64,000 bases of DNA from Octopus vulgaris (GCA_951406725.2 OX597818.1:60140001-60204000), one strand, 5' to 3'. Counted from the stretch's first letter, positions 50,019 through 64,000 are shown. Notes: generated by a model from the letters alone, not told the origin. Numbers and translations: made by a program.

Positions 50019-50118
50019 GTATCCTCTCTGTAGACTCAGCATCCAGCTGGAGCAAAAATCTGATTCAATAAATTCCATCTGACCAATGCAAGCATGGGAA
50101 TTCAGATGGTAAATTAAC

Positions 50119-50692
50119 AAAGGTGGGCACTGCCAATCGAAAAGTTAACTTCATTAACCATTAATCTGTTAACCAAAAAAGTTAACTTCGATAACCGTTA
50201 ATCTGTTAACCAAAAAGTTAACATCGATAACCATTAATCTGTTAACCAAAAAGTTAACTTCGATAACCATTAATCTGTTAACCAAAAAGTTAACTTCGAT
50301 AACCATTAATCTGTTAACCAAAAAGTTAACTTCATTAACCATTAATCTGTTAACCAAAATGTTAACTTCGATAACCGTTAATCAGTTAATTATTTCCTAA
50401 TGCAACGGAAGTTATCAATAAACTGTTAACGTTAATTTTCATTACAGAAAAAAAACAGAAAATCAGATTTTGTTCTAAAACCACTTAAAAACACCTTTAA
50501 AAAGTGCCAAAACTATAAAAATCCGTTAACTTCAAGTGAATAGAAATTAACAAAAGTTAATTCAAGTTGACTTGAGTTAACGGAAGTTAAACGTAATGCA
50601 AGTCAATGAGTCCGATAATGATTTCCAAAGTTAACTTAAAACTTAAATCGTTAATGAAAAGGTTAACTTCATTAATTAACGATTAACGGGTT
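50119..50692 (+). mobile_element. Probable hAT-type MITE with 7 x 36-bp subterminal tandem repeat
   Basis: Left end aaggtgggcac. Unit aaaaagttaacttcgataaccattaatctgttaacc at ~50140-50390, with further GTTAAC motifs toward the right end. No intact right TIR. Confidence 0.5.
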
Positions 50693-51014
50693 TGTAAATT
50701 AAATGATATCAATCTAGTTCATACAGATATTGGTATAGACAAAACAAAAAAAAACCCGAAAGAATGAGTGATCACATAGAAGCTTCTAATTGCTCGTATT
50801 TTTTATATAAGCCTTGACTTACCGTTTAGCATTCAGATTACTCTGTCAAATAATAAATCTTATCTATGCACATTATTTTGAATTAATCATGCATTATCCT
50901 GTAGTCTTGAGATTTCAATGATGTGGTGGTTTACTTTTAAAATGACAGAGTAGGATAGGTGTGAGAGACTGGATCTGGCCAGTCTGAGCATAGAAACAAG
51001 CAAACTATTATGCA

Positions 51015-51685
51015 CTAGGCTCCAATCTGATCTGGCAAGATTTCTACAGCTGGATGCCCTTCCTAATGCCAACCACTCCGAGAGTGTAGTGGGTGCTTTT
51101 TATGTGCCACAGGCACAAGAGGTGGGGCAGTCAGGCAGCACTGGCATCAACCATGCTTGAATGGTAATTTTTACTTGCCACCTGCACAGGAGTCAGTAAG
51201 GTGGAACTGGCATCAGCATGCTCAAATGGTACTTTTTATGTGCCCCAGGATGGGAGTCAATCAGGTGGCACTGGCATCGACCATGATTGAATGTTCCTTT
51301 TTATGTGCTCACAGCAGAGGAGTCAGTCAGGCAACACTAGTACTGACTTTGCTTGAATGGTGCTTTTTTATGTGCCACTGGCATGGGAGTTAGTCAAGTG
51401 GCACTGGCATCAACCATGCTTGAATTTTTCTTTTTACATACCACTGGCACAAGAGTCAGTCAGGCGGCACAGGCATTGACCACGCTCGAATGGTGCATTT
51501 TATGTGCCAGCAGCACGGGAGTCAGTCAGGCATCACAGGATCAACCATGCTCGAATGGTGATTTTTACATGCCACTGGCATGGGAACCAATCAGGTGGCA
51601 CTGGCATTGGCCAAGCTCAAATGGTGCTTTTTATATGCCACCAGCACTGGCGTTGGCCACGCTCGAATGGTGCTTTTTACATGCC
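51015..51685 (-). mobile_element. RTE 3' UTR fragment with 10 diverged ~65-bp array units
   Basis: Motif atggtgctttttatgtgccac..gcac at ~51093, 51161, 51226, 51290, 51357, 51424, 51490, 51555, 51621 and 51667. Confidence 0.88.
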
Positions 51686-51844
51686 AATTCAACCATGGAG
51701 AAAGATTTCCTTACTAGGAAACAGGTGAGGACTGGTGATAAGAAGGACATCTGGCTATAGAAAATTTGCGTCAAGAAATTTTAACTCAGGTGAACCTGGA
51801 AAAGTAGGCATTAAGCCAAATGACAACTCCACAGTTTATCTTGA

Positions 51845-52245
51845 TCATATATATATATTTAAAGCTGAAGTTGTCTGTGTGTGTATGGCAGGTTTGGTAG
51901 CCTTCAACTAACAGTATCTCCTCCGAGACCCTGCGGCACAAGTTGACCAAAATTGAAAGTATGATAGAAGAAGGCTTGCTCTCCCTTTCTTAGAAGAAAA
52001 AATTCAAATCGGACCATGTTAACACTAAAAATTATTTACATCAAAAAGGTGCTTTTTTTTTTATGGAAATCCCTATTTTTTACAATTTTTTTGACTGCTG
52101 TGTTGCCATTTTTCGGTGTATTTCAACCAGAAAAATGTTCACTTAAAGAGAATAACAAGCTACATAATGCAAAATATTTACTTTTCAAAAATTCCAACAC
52201 TAAAGATTCAAAACAAACCCAAGCAACACTGGGCGATACTGCTAG
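51845..52245 (+). mobile_element. Non-autonomous Helitron, copy 2
   Basis: A|TC...cccaagcaacactgggcgatactgCTAG|T; colinear with 43477-43907. Confidence 0.85.
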
Positions 52246-52411
52246 TATTTGTAAAAGTTGGCATTGCATGACTACCAAGTTTTCTTCTACAGACGTCCAG
52301 GTAATCGTATTGATATTGTGAAATTATATTTCTCAGGTAAATATTACACTTCCATGGCTGCAATCAACTGTTTAACTATTCACTTACTCAATATAATTGG
52401 ACCGAATTACA

Positions 52412-52625
52412 AAGCGGTGAGCAGACAGAATCATTAGCATGCTGGGTAAACTGCTTAGTAGCATTTCATCTGTCTTATGTTCTGAGTTCAAATTCCACTG
52501 AGGTCGGCTTTGTCTTTCATCCTTTCAGGGTCAATGAAATAAGTACCAGTTATGCACTGGGGTTGATATAATCGACTTACTCCTGCCCCACTCAGCTTGC
52601 TGGTTTTGAGCCAAAATTTGAAAAC
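52412..52625 (+). mobile_element. Old Meta-domain SINE
   Basis: gcggtgagcagacagaatcattagca...gagttcaaattcc...ctttcatcctttcagggtcaatgaaataagtacc. Confidence 0.78.
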
Positions 52626-53274
52626 ATTAATATTGGACTGAATCAGCCTGTTTCAGCCTCTATGTGGTTGCCCAACCTGCTAAAAAGAGCAGCCATCTCT
52701 TTCTCAAATTTCACCTTCTTGTTTCAGAAAATAAGACGAATTAGATAATATAGTCCTTCAGAGATTATGCATGACAAAACGAAGAAAAAAAAGATAGGAT
52801 GGTCACAGCTGGACTGTTTTTAATCATATGTGTACTCAATCAGTCACAACCAAGGGTTGAACAAAAAAAGGACAATTTCAGCACAGTCGTTGTACAACAA
52901 CTTTGTTATACAACAATAGCAGCAAAATCTCCATCACATTACACACAAATGTCTTAAGAAAAGAAAGTCTCTTTGGATTAAGCAGTGTTGTTGCTGTTAA
53001 GCAACAAGACGGGTAAAGGTGATTAGGTGATGGTCTAGGGCTTAGGGACGGGAGACCCCAGACCTTGGAAAAAAAAAAAAAAACTTTGGTCGTCTTGTAG
53101 TTGAGGGCTCTTCGTTGACGCCCAACACCACTGGGAGGTGGCCCTCGAAGTTGCTGGAAATGGAGATCTCCAGGTTCAAATTCTTGGATGGCTTACGCAG
53201 TGTTAGATATTGGTGTTGCTAGAGTGTGAGCTGCTTCAGTTAGTCCTTGAGTTTGCTCCTATATACGTGGTTGA

Positions 53275-53941
53275 AGCCAGCCACCTTGCCATGACTGGCT
53301 CCTGTGCCAGTGACATGTAAAAAGCACCATCCGAACGTGGTTGATGCCAGCACTGCCTTGACTGGCTACCGTGCCAGTGGCATGTAACAGCACCATCCAA
53401 ACATGGCTGATGACAGCACCGCCTTGACTGGCTCCAATGCCGGTGGCACGTAAAAGCACCATCCAAACGTGGATAATGACTGCGCCACCTTGCCTGGCTC
53501 CAATGCCATTAGCATGTAAAAGCACCATGGTTGATGCCAGCACCGCCTTGAATTGCTCCCTTGCCGGTGGCACGTAAAAGCACCATCCAAACATGCTCGA
53601 TGCCAGCGCTGCCTTGACTGGCTCCCATGCTGGTGGGACTTACAAGCACCATCCAAATGTGGTCGATGCCAGCCCCTTCTGGCGCCTGTGCCAGTGGCAC
53701 ATAAAAGCACCATCCAAACACGGTCGATGTCAGCCTCCTCTGGCCCCTGTGCTGGTGGCACGTAAAAAGCACCCACTACACTCTCAGAGTGGTTGGCATT
53801 AGGAAGGGCATCCAGCTGTAGAAACACTACCAGATCAGATTGGAGCTTGGTGCAGCCTTCTGGCTTCCCAGACCCCCAGACGAACCATCCAACCCATGCC
53901 AGCATGGAAGATGGACGTTAAATGACGATGATGATGATGAT
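53275..53941 (+). mobile_element. RTE 3' UTR fragment with 8 array units
   Basis: gtggcacgtaaaagcacc-like motif recurs 8 times at 58-67 bp spacing; (GAT)n tail. Confidence 0.9.
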
Positions 53942-53971
53942 ACATACACTAAAAAAAAAGTGCATAAAATA

Positions 53972-54514
53972 CAGGGTGCGGCAGAAGTAACACCCTTTTT
54001 TATTTAGTAATTTTTATAGTACAAAAATTGTTTTCTTTAGTAAATTGTATTCTATGAAAATTTAGTACAGGAGTTAAAGAACCGAAAAAATACAATTAGC
54101 GAAAATAAATTGCAGCACTTTTATGAAGTCTATAAAGTATTGTTCCATCAAAATCATGTTATTTATTATGATAAAAAATTTAATGAACATGTTCAAAAGG
54201 CTCCCCTTTGTTTTGAATACAATGTACACTACCGGCAACGTTTCAAACCTTTTGACAAATTTCCCTGTTAATCATAGAAAATTTATCAGAAATTGTTTTC
54301 GGTTTCAGGGAATAAACAAGATTTTTCAATACACTCCACAAGATGAGGTCAGGTGGTGTTAGGTCTGGTGATCGTGACGGCCACTCAAAAGCTCCACGAG
54401 GTCCTATACACCTCCACTCGAAATTAAGATTTAACCATTTCTGAACGTTTACCCCTCAGTGAGACCGTAGAAAACAATAAAAATAAGAAAGGGTGTTACT
54501 TCTGCCACACCCTG
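53972..54514 (-). mobile_element. Internally deleted Tc1/mariner element (rosa/DD41D-like)
   Basis: TIRs cagggtgcggcagaagtaacaccctt / aagggtgttacttctgccacaccctg with TA TSDs. The minus strand encodes IGPRGAFEWPSRSPDLTPPDLILWSVLKNLVY...GEPFEH. Confidence 0.88.
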
Positions 54515-54767
54515 TATATATAACGTATCACCCAGGGTGCACAGCCTCTTCTTTTAACTATACTAGTAGTTGCATGGATTTCTGCTTGAGGCCAGGAATT
54601 TAGTTCCTCAGGGCACATTTTGCCCTTGAGCAAAACATTCTACTTTTACATTGCTCCAGTGCAACCACCTGGCACAAATGAGTAGTACCGGTAATTCAAA
54701 GGGGCCAGCCTTATCATATTCTGTGTAACACTGAATCTCCTTGAGAACTGCGTTAAGGGTATACATA

Positions 54768-55188
54768 GGCGTAGCAGTGGCTTTGTGGTAAGTAGCTTGC
54801 TTACGAACCACATGGTTCCAGGTTCAGTCCCACTGTGTGGCACCTTGGGCAAGTGTCTTCTACTATGGCCTTGGGCCGACCAAATCCTTGTGAGTGGATT
54901 TTGTAGATGGAAACTGAAAGAAGCCCATCGTATATATGTATGTATATATATAAGTATGTGTGTATATATGTTTGTGTCTGTGTTTGTCCCCACAACATCG
55001 CTTGACAACTGATGCCGGTGTGTTTACGTCCCCGTTACTTAGCGGTTCGGCAAAAGAGACCGATAGAATAAGCACTAGGCTTACAAAGAATAAGTATTGG
55101 GGTCGATTTGCTCGACTAAAAAGGCAGTGCTCTAGCATGGCCACAGTCAAATGACTGAAACAAGTGAAAGAGTAGAAGAGTAAAAGAG
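54768..55188 (+). mobile_element. Young composite SINE nested in an older SINE (54605-55270)
   Basis: Family homology; the host matches 38715-38920. Confidence 0.88.
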
Positions 55189-55371
55189 CGTCTGTGGAGT
55201 GCTCGGCCACTTTTACATTAATTTCTCGAGCAGACTGTTTTTGCTAATCAGATCAACTGGAACCCTCGTAGACATAACCGATGGAGGTCCAGTTATTCGC
55301 ATCGGCCAAGGTAGACGATGCACGAATACAAGAGGCATAAGTATCAGCCAGAACAAAACATCTTGAGCATA

Positions 55372-56190
55372 GGCGCAGGAGTGGCTGTGTGGTAAGTAGC
55401 TTGCTAACCAGCCACATGGTTAAGGGTCCAGTCCCACTGCATGGCATCTTGGGCAAGTGTCTTCTGCTATAGCCCCGGGCCGACCAATGCCTTATGAGTG
55501 GATTTGGTAGACGGAAACTGAAAGAAGCCTGTAATATATATGTATATATATATATATATGTATGTGGGTGTGTGTATATGTTTGTGTTTGTCCCCCTAGC
55601 ATTGCTTGACAACCGATGCTGGTGTGTTTATGTCCCCATCACTTAGCGGTTCGGCAAAAGAGACCGATAGAATAAGTACTGGGCTTACAAAAGAATAAGT
55701 CCCGGGGTCGAGTTGCTCGATTAAAGGTGGTGCTCCAGCATGGCCGCAGTCAAAATGACTGAAACAAGTAAAAAGAAAAAAAGATATATATATATACAGG
55801 CGCAGGAGTGGCTGTGTGGTAAGTAGCTTGCTAACAAGCCACATGGTTCTGGGTTCTGTCCCACTGCGTGGGACCTTGGGCAAGTGTCTTCTGCTATAGC
55901 CCCGAGCCGACCAATGCCTTGTGAGTGGATTTGGTAGACGGAAACTGAAAGAAGCCTGTCGTTATATGTATATGTATGTTTGTGTGTCTGTGTTTGTCCC
56001 CCTAGCATTGCTTGACAACCGATGCTGGTGTGTTTATGTCCCCCGTCACTTAGCGGTTCGGCAAAAGAGACCGATAGAATAAGTACTGGGCTTACAAAGA
56101 ATAAGTCCCGGAGTCAATTCGCTCGACTAAAGGCGGTGCTCCAGCATGGCTGCAGTCAAAATGACTGAAACAAGTAAAAGAGTAAAGAGT
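55372..56190 (+). mobile_element. Two head-to-tail young composite SINEs (55372-55783, 55799-56190)
   Basis: Both full length, separated by a short (TA)n. Confidence 0.92.
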
Positions 56191-56509
56191 ATAGGTGTGT
56201 GTTTTGGGTTTTTTTTTTGTGAGTTTATCAGAGACGACCAACAGTGCCAGCATCTCCACCTCCATGACCACCACCACCAACAACAAAAGCAACAACAAAA
56301 CACAACAGTGTTTGGGGAACAGCTTGTCTTTTAAAAAGGTATTATTGAAAATGTAATTATGCACGAATTGCGACGCGTTTTTTCTTCTTCTTCTTCTTAC
56401 CTTATTTTTTATTAAGGATTTTTTTCAAAGTACTCTGAGATTAGTCATGGAGACTACATCAATAATAAAACACAACACAAAACACTTAACACTCGTATAA
56501 CGTACCACG

Positions 56510-56565
56510 CAAAGATATGTATGGGTTTGTGCATGTGTATATGTGCGTGTGTGCCTCTGCATATA

Positions 56566-56598
<33 letters not shown>

Positions 56599-56878
56599 GT
56601 GCGTGTGTGCCTCTGCATATATATATGTATATATATATATGTGTGTGTGTGTGTACTTATATAGACACATTTTCTCATCATCATCAAGTATATATATATG
56701 TATATTCATATATGTGTGTATACACATACATAAATATATAAATATATGCATATATATATATATGTGTGTGTATATACATATATGCCTGTACACATACATA
56801 TTTACATATATGTCTACGTGTATATCTTAATATAGATGTATTTATATATCTATGTATCTATATATATGTGTGTGTGTA

Positions 56879-56909
<31 letters not shown>

Positions 56910-56910
56910 G

Positions 56911-56946
<36 letters not shown>

Positions 56947-57155
56947 ATGAATTATATATGTATCTCATATACATATATACTCATATATATATATATATAT
57001 ATATTATTATTATTATGTATATAAATATATATATACATATATAAACGTATATATATACGAATATATATATGTGTATATATATATATATGTATATATATAT
57101 ACATGTGTATATATATATATGTATATAAAAATATGTATATATATATATGTATATA

Positions 57156-57214
<59 letters not shown>

Positions 57215-57814
57215 GCATATATATATACATACATATATGTATATATATATATATATATCTATATAGAAATATATGCATATACCTATATCTATCTATCTAT
57301 TTTATATATATATATATATACACATATACGTACATACGCAAAATATATAATAAAATAACTGCAGACACTGAGGTAAAACTATTTGTTGATTGCTGAAAGA
57401 AAGCTGACGTCAGTGGCCACAAAATACAAAGTTTGGCGATAAAGAATGAGGGAAACAGACGCAACATCATTCCCATGATTCTCACTTCCAATAAAAACGG
57501 TAATAACAACTGCCAGTGAAACCATTCCATCCAGAAGATAAGAGCAGGAAGTTATTGAGACATCAATAGACCTCGGCAAAGATTACAAAAATAAACTAAT
57601 ACGGAAATATGAAAAATACTTGCTAAAACTATTAACGCTGAAGCATGGCTCTGTGTGTGCGTGTGCGTGTGTGTGTTTGTGTGTGTGTGTTTGTGTGTGT
57701 GAGTGTGTGTGTGTGTGCGCTTTGCAATATGTATGTACATAAATGTATATTATGTATATGCGGGTGTAAGTACTTAGGTATATATCATAGGTGTATATAC
57801 ATACGTGTGGTGTG

Positions 57815-57856
<42 letters not shown>

Positions 57857-57966
57857 GATATTATATTATATATGTATATATATATATATGTATGTATATA
57901 TATATATGTATATATATGCATATATATAAACATACAAACACACACATATATATATTTACACATATA

Positions 57967-58001
<35 letters not shown>

Positions 58002-58260
58002 TCGTATATATATATATATATGCATATGTATATATGTGTGTGTGAATATATACACACACTCACACATACATAAATATGTATATGTATATATATATGTGTG
58101 TGTATATATATATAGTTGTATATATATATATATATATACACACATATATGTATATATATATATATACATATATGCATATATATTCATGCATATATATATA
58201 TACATAAAGATATATGTGTGTGTGGCTATTTTAATGTATATAGATATATTTAGACACATT
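56510..58260 (+). repeat. (TA)n/(TG)n microsatellite field with a unique island at ~57350-57650
   Basis: Direct inspection. Confidence 0.88.
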
Positions 58261-58284
58261 GATACATTTCAGTTCCCCACCCTG

Positions 58285-58717
58285 TAGTTTCAGGTTTCAA
58301 GTTCAGTCCCACTGTGTGACACCTTGGGTAAGTATCTTCTACTGTTGCCTCAAACTACCACAAAATTTGTGAGGGGACCTGGCAGAAGGAAACAGAAAGA
58401 AGCCCGCCACATCATCATCATCATCATGATGTAATGTCCGTTTCCCATGCTGGCAAAAGGTGGACGGTTTGACAGGAGCCGGCAAGCTGGGTCGTCTGTC
58501 TCGGTATGGTCTCTATGACTGAATGCCCTTCCTAACAGCAACCCACTTTGCAAAGCGTACTGGGAGAATTTCACGTGGCACCAGTGCAGGTGCCTTTTTT
58601 GTGGCGCCCGCATTGGTGCGTTTAACTCGGTGCCAGCACAGCTGCTTTGCACATGATGCGAGCACATATGCACTCTATGTGGCACCAGCATGGCTGCTTT
58701 TTATATGGCATTAACAA

Positions 58718-58749
<32 letters not shown>

Positions 58750-59050
58750 TGGTATGTGTATGTAAGTGTCCGTCTGTGTGGTTGTGGTAGTTAGCATCCT
58801 GCTCATGTCGACAAACGTTACAATGTACGAGCAGTGTTGATGCTGGCAATTCTCCTCTCAATAAAACATCTATTCACTTCACACCTCCAAAGCTGCGTGA
58901 AATACGAGATCTGTTTCTTGTAAAACAGGGAAATGTCAGCGACGGGAAGGACACTCGGTGATAAAACATTGACGCAATAACATATTTGTATAAACCGATG
59001 CAAGCCATGGCGAAATGGCCATGGCGAACAGGAACAAATGGATGATGATG
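58285..59050 (+). mobile_element. Older CORE-like SINE subfamily with RTE-type tail, interrupted by an old RTE fragment (58409-58710, minus)
   Basis: Head gttcagtcccactgtgtgacaccttgggtaagt, (TG)n, tail cagcgacgggaaggacactcgg...atgcaagccatgg...gatgatgatg. Confidence 0.55.
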
Positions 59051-59229
59051 AACAAACACATGTATATATACACACACACACACACACACACATATATATG
59101 TATATATATGCATATACATGTATAAACATACATATATGCACGCATGAACACACAGACATCAGACACACAGATAGATGATGGATGGATGTATGGATGGATG
59201 GACAGATAAGTAGGCGGATGGATGGATTA

Positions 59230-59264
<35 letters not shown>

Positions 59265-59389
59265 AGGAGAGAGAGAGAGAGAGAGAGAGAGACAAGGAGA
59301 GAGAGAGAGAGAAAGATGGATGGATGGATGGGCAGATAAAGAGACAGATGGACAGACAGATAGATAAGCAGACAGACAGGTAGGCGATG

Positions 59390-59555
59390 GATACATATAT
59401 ACATACATACATAAATTTATACATATATACAAACATACATACATACAAACACACATACATATTTACATTCATACATACATACATACATACATTCATACAT
59501 ACATACATTCATACATACATACATACATTCATACATACATACATACATTCATACA

Positions 59556-59589
<34 letters not shown>

Positions 59590-59978
59590 CATACACATAC
59601 ATACATACACACATACATACATACATACATACATACATACATACATACATACACACATACATACATACATACATACATACATACATACATAAATACATAC
59701 ATACATAAATAAATACATACATACATACATACATACACACATACATACATACATACATACATACATACATACATACATACATACATACATACACACATAC
59801 ATACATACATACACACATACATACATACATACATACATACATACATACATACATACATACATACATACGTACATACACACATACATACATACACACACAT
59901 ACATACATACATACATACATACATACATACAAACACACATACATACATACATACAAACATAAATACATACATACATAA

Positions 59979-60009
<31 letters not shown>

Positions 60010-60071
60010 CATACACACATACATACATACATACATACATACATACATACATACATACATACATACATACA

Positions 60072-60102
<31 letters not shown>

Positions 60103-60727
60103 TTACATACATACAAACACACATACATACACACATACATACACACATACATACATACAAACACACATACATACATACACACACATACTTCCATTCATAC
60201 ATACATACATACAAACATACATACATACAAACATACATACATACATACATACATACATACATACATACATACATACATACATACATACATACATACATAC
60301 ATACATACATACATACATGCATGCATACATACATACATACATACATACATACATGCATGCATACATACATACATACATACACACACACATACATACATAC
60401 ATACATACATACATGCATACATACATACATACATACACACATACATACATACATACATACATACATACATACATACATACATACATACATACATACATAC
60501 ATACATACATACATACATACATACATACATACTTACATACATACATACATACATACACACATACATACATACACATACACACATACACACATACATACAT
60601 ACATACATACATACACACACACATACATACATACACACATACATACATACATTCATACATACATACATTCATACATACATACATACATACATACATACAT
60701 ACATACATACATACATACATACACACA

Positions 60728-60761
<34 letters not shown>

Positions 60762-60835
60762 CATGCACACATACATACATACATACATACATACACACAT
60801 ACATACATACATACAAACATATTTACATACATACA

Positions 60836-60869
<34 letters not shown>

Positions 60870-61035
60870 CATACATACATACATACATACATACATACAT
60901 ACATACATACATACATACATACACACATATTTACATACATACATACATACATACATATATGCACACATACATACATACATACATACATACATACATACAC
61001 ACATACATACATACAAACATATTTACATACATACA

Positions 61036-61069
<34 letters not shown>

Positions 61070-61151
61070 CATACATACATACATACATACATACATACAT
61101 ACACACATACATACATACATACATACATACATACATACAAACACACATACA

Positions 61152-61185
<34 letters not shown>

Positions 61186-61247
61186 CATACATACATACAC
61201 ACATACATACATACATACATGCATACATACATACAAACACACATACA

Positions 61248-61281
<34 letters not shown>

Positions 61282-61495
61282 CATACATACATACATACAT
61301 ACATACACACATACATACATACATACATACATACATACATACATACATTCATACATACATACATACATACATACATACACACATATTTACATACATACAT
61401 ACATACATACATATATGCACACATACATACATACATACATACAAACACACATACATACATACATACATACATAAATACATACATACATAAATACA

Positions 61496-61529
<34 letters not shown>

Positions 61530-61590
61530 CATACACACATACATAATACATACATACATACATACATACATACATACATACATACATACA

Positions 61591-61621
<31 letters not shown>

Positions 61622-61694
61622 TTACATACATACATACAAACACACATACATACATACATACATACATAAATACATACATACATAAATACATACA

Positions 61695-61728
<34 letters not shown>

Positions 61729-61781
61729 CATACACACATACATAATACATACATACATACATACATACATACATACATTCA

Positions 61782-61812
<31 letters not shown>

Positions 61813-62009
61813 TTACATACATACATACAAACACACATACATACATACATACATACATAAATACATACATACATAAATACATACATACATACACACACAC
61901 ATACATACATACATACATACATACATACATACTTACATACATACATACACACATACATACATACATACATACATACATACATACATACATACACACATAC
62001 ATACATACA

Positions 62010-62043
<34 letters not shown>

Positions 62044-62092
62044 CATACACACATACATAATACATACATACATACATACATACATACATACA

Positions 62093-62123
<31 letters not shown>

Positions 62124-62365
62124 TTACATACATACATACAAACACACATACATACATACATACATACATAAATACATACATACATAAATACATACATACA
62201 TACACACACACATACATACATACATACATACATACATACATACTTACATACATGCATACACACATACATACATACATACATACATACATACATACATACA
62301 TACACACATACATACATACATACATACATACATACACATACATACATACATACATATTTACATAC
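59390..62365 (+). repeat. ~3-kb (CATA)n tetranucleotide satellite
   Basis: Direct inspection. Confidence 0.98.
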
Positions 62366-62782
62366 TTCATAGACAGAAATTCCTTTGAAATACATTAAAC
62401 ATGACTTAGTCAAATAAAAGTACATTTTCGTCTTTTTCAATTTATGCAACATAAAAGCTAAACTACAAAAAAAATGAAAAAAGAAAAAAGGAAATACTGG
62501 AGTTTTATTCCATCATGGAATTTGTCGTGGCAGAATCTCTCCAGCTGGATGCTCTTCCTGTCAGTAACCCTTACATCTTTCCAAGCACGATGAATGTGTG
62601 CCCCATGGCCAGACATGCTTTTTGTGGAAGACTGGAAACAAACAACCTGGCTTGTATGACAGAGACGCTCATTTACAACCATCATGTAAGGCCCAGGCAA
62701 CGATTCACACACACACACACACACACACACATGCATACACATGCACACATACTTGCATATGTGTACATGTACACGTACACAC

Positions 62783-62813
<31 letters not shown>

Positions 62814-62832
62814 CACACACATATATACATAT

Positions 62833-62867
<35 letters not shown>

Positions 62868-63030
62868 GGTGCAGGAGTGGCTGTGTGGTAAGCAACTTGC
62901 TTACCAACCACATGGTTCCGGGTTCAGTCCCACTTCATGGCACCTCGGGCAAGTGTCTTTTACTATAGCCTCGGGTTGACCAAAGCCCTGTGAGTGGGTT
63001 TGGTAGATGAAAACTGAAAGAAATCCATCA
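62868..63030 (+). mobile_element. Composite SINE 5' half
   Basis: Head and CORE-like block, ending at the internal (TG)n. Confidence 0.85.
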
Positions 63031-63045
63031 TATGTGTGTGTGTGT

Positions 63046-63300
63046 GTTGTTAACACAACATTTTGGCTGATGTACCCTCCAGCTTACATCAGGTGTCTTG
63101 GGGAAATTTCGAACTTGGATTCTCATTCCTAATGTATTTTTTGATGTTATCATTATTATTATTATTATTGTTTAGGTCACTACTCGGAATTGAACTCAGA
63201 ATCTTGGGGTTATTAGCCCATGCTCTTAACCAATACACTATGTGCATATGGCATAGTGGTTAAGAGTGCCGGCTACTAACCCCAAGATTCCAAATTCGAG
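63046..63300 (-). mobile_element. Family A tRNA-hammerhead element (decayed core) with inverted head duplication
   Basis: Minus copy 63046-63245 followed by a plus-strand head 63246-63300 (atatggcatagtggttaagagtgccggctactaaccccaagattcc). Confidence 0.82.
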
Positions 63301-63334
63301 AAAGAGTCAGCAGAAGTTTGGCATTACATTCTGC

Positions 63335-63445
63335 TGGCACCGCATGGAGCCTAAGTGTTTCACTCATAAACGCACACATTGCCTGGTCTGAGATTCGAAC
63401 CTGTGATCCCTTGACCATGAGTCTGCTGCTCTAACCATTATGCCC
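63335..63445 (-). mobile_element. tRNA-SINE head fragment (19432 family)
   Basis: ggcataatggttagagcagcagactc...caggttcgaatctcagacc. Confidence 0.7.
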
Positions 63446-63449
63446 TGTA

Positions 63450-63696
63450 CAAAAAGCACCAACCGATCGTGGCCATTGCCAGCCTCCCCTGGCACCTGTG
63501 CCGGTGGCACATAAAAAGCACCCACTACACTCACGGAGTGGTTGGCGTTAGGAAGGGCATCCAGCTGTAGAAACACTACAAGATCAGACTGGAGCCTGGT
63601 GCAGCCTCCTGACTTCCCAGACCCTGGTCGAACCGTCCAACCCATGCTAGCATGGAAAACGGACGTTAAACGATGATGATGATGATGATGATGATA
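63450..63696 (+). mobile_element. RTE 3' UTR fragment
   Basis: Family homology; (GAT)n joins (TA)n. Confidence 0.9.
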
Positions 63697-63729
63697 CATA
63701 TATATATATATATATATATAAATTTATAT

Positions 63730-63895
63730 AAATAAGGATAAAATCGTTATTTAAAATACCGATCTTATCAGGTGGCCAGCATGGGAATAAAAACCTCATA
63801 GGTAATAATTATTATTGAAATTATAATTAAGGGTATCTAAGAGATACCACCATGCTAAATATAGCAGCCAAAACTTGACTCTAAAACCACATTAA
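63730..63895. mobile_element. Un-inverted relative of the 970-1165 repeat
   Basis: aataaggataaaatcgtta...agggtatctaagagataccaccatgctaaatatagcagcc...actctaaaaccac. Confidence 0.6.
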
Positions 63896-64000
63896 GCTGG
63901 CGTGTGAGGAATGAAGCTTTATGGCAGGGACATAAGAGATGACAGCCATGGGGAGGAATATAAGAGATGCTACATGGATGGTAGTCATACCAAGAAAGAA

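Noticed and set aside
50140-50390. 36-bp direct repeats resembling CRISPR repeats
   Set aside because: Units are contiguous with no spacers.
51090-51685. CRISPR-like repeat/spacer pattern (~27-bp motif, ~65-bp period; also 14461 and 53290)
   Set aside because: The 'spacers' are homologous to each other, the array lies inside an RTE LINE 3' UTR, and there are no cas genes in this eukaryotic context.
59387-62452. Long YIHT/MYVC ORFs
   Set aside because: Artefacts of stop-free (CATA)n.

Overview
AT-rich, extremely repeat-dense animal genomic DNA. The SINE/LINE families and microsatellite load look like a coleoid cephalopod, probably Octopus; this is recognition from memory, not a database match. 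No intact host protein-coding gene is supportable, and almost all listed ORFs are translations of microsatellites or repeats. Real coding remnants are all transposon-derived: two mariners, maT/DD37D-like and rosa/DD41D-like Tc1-mariner derivatives, a Penelope GIY-YIG endonuclease, CR1-type RT, an RTE C-terminus, an R4/Dong restriction-like endonuclease and a Tx1/L1-like C-terminus. There are also non-autonomous Helitrons, at least four tRNA-derived SINE families (one forming 184-bp multimers) and about 18 5'-truncated copies of an RTE LINE whose 3' UTR carries a variable-number ~63-bp array. The most interesting structure is a ~310-nt element that joins a tRNA-like Pol III head, (TAA)n and a minimal Penelope-type hammerhead ribozyme. 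The same head lies directly after the Penelope endonuclease ORF, and the element occurs in tandem and inverted arrangements, suggesting a Penelope-mobilised, Pol III-transcribed ribozyme SINE/retrozyme. A second hammerhead family and several fold-back inversions are also present. Two weak minus-strand exon candidates suggest the window may be intronic.
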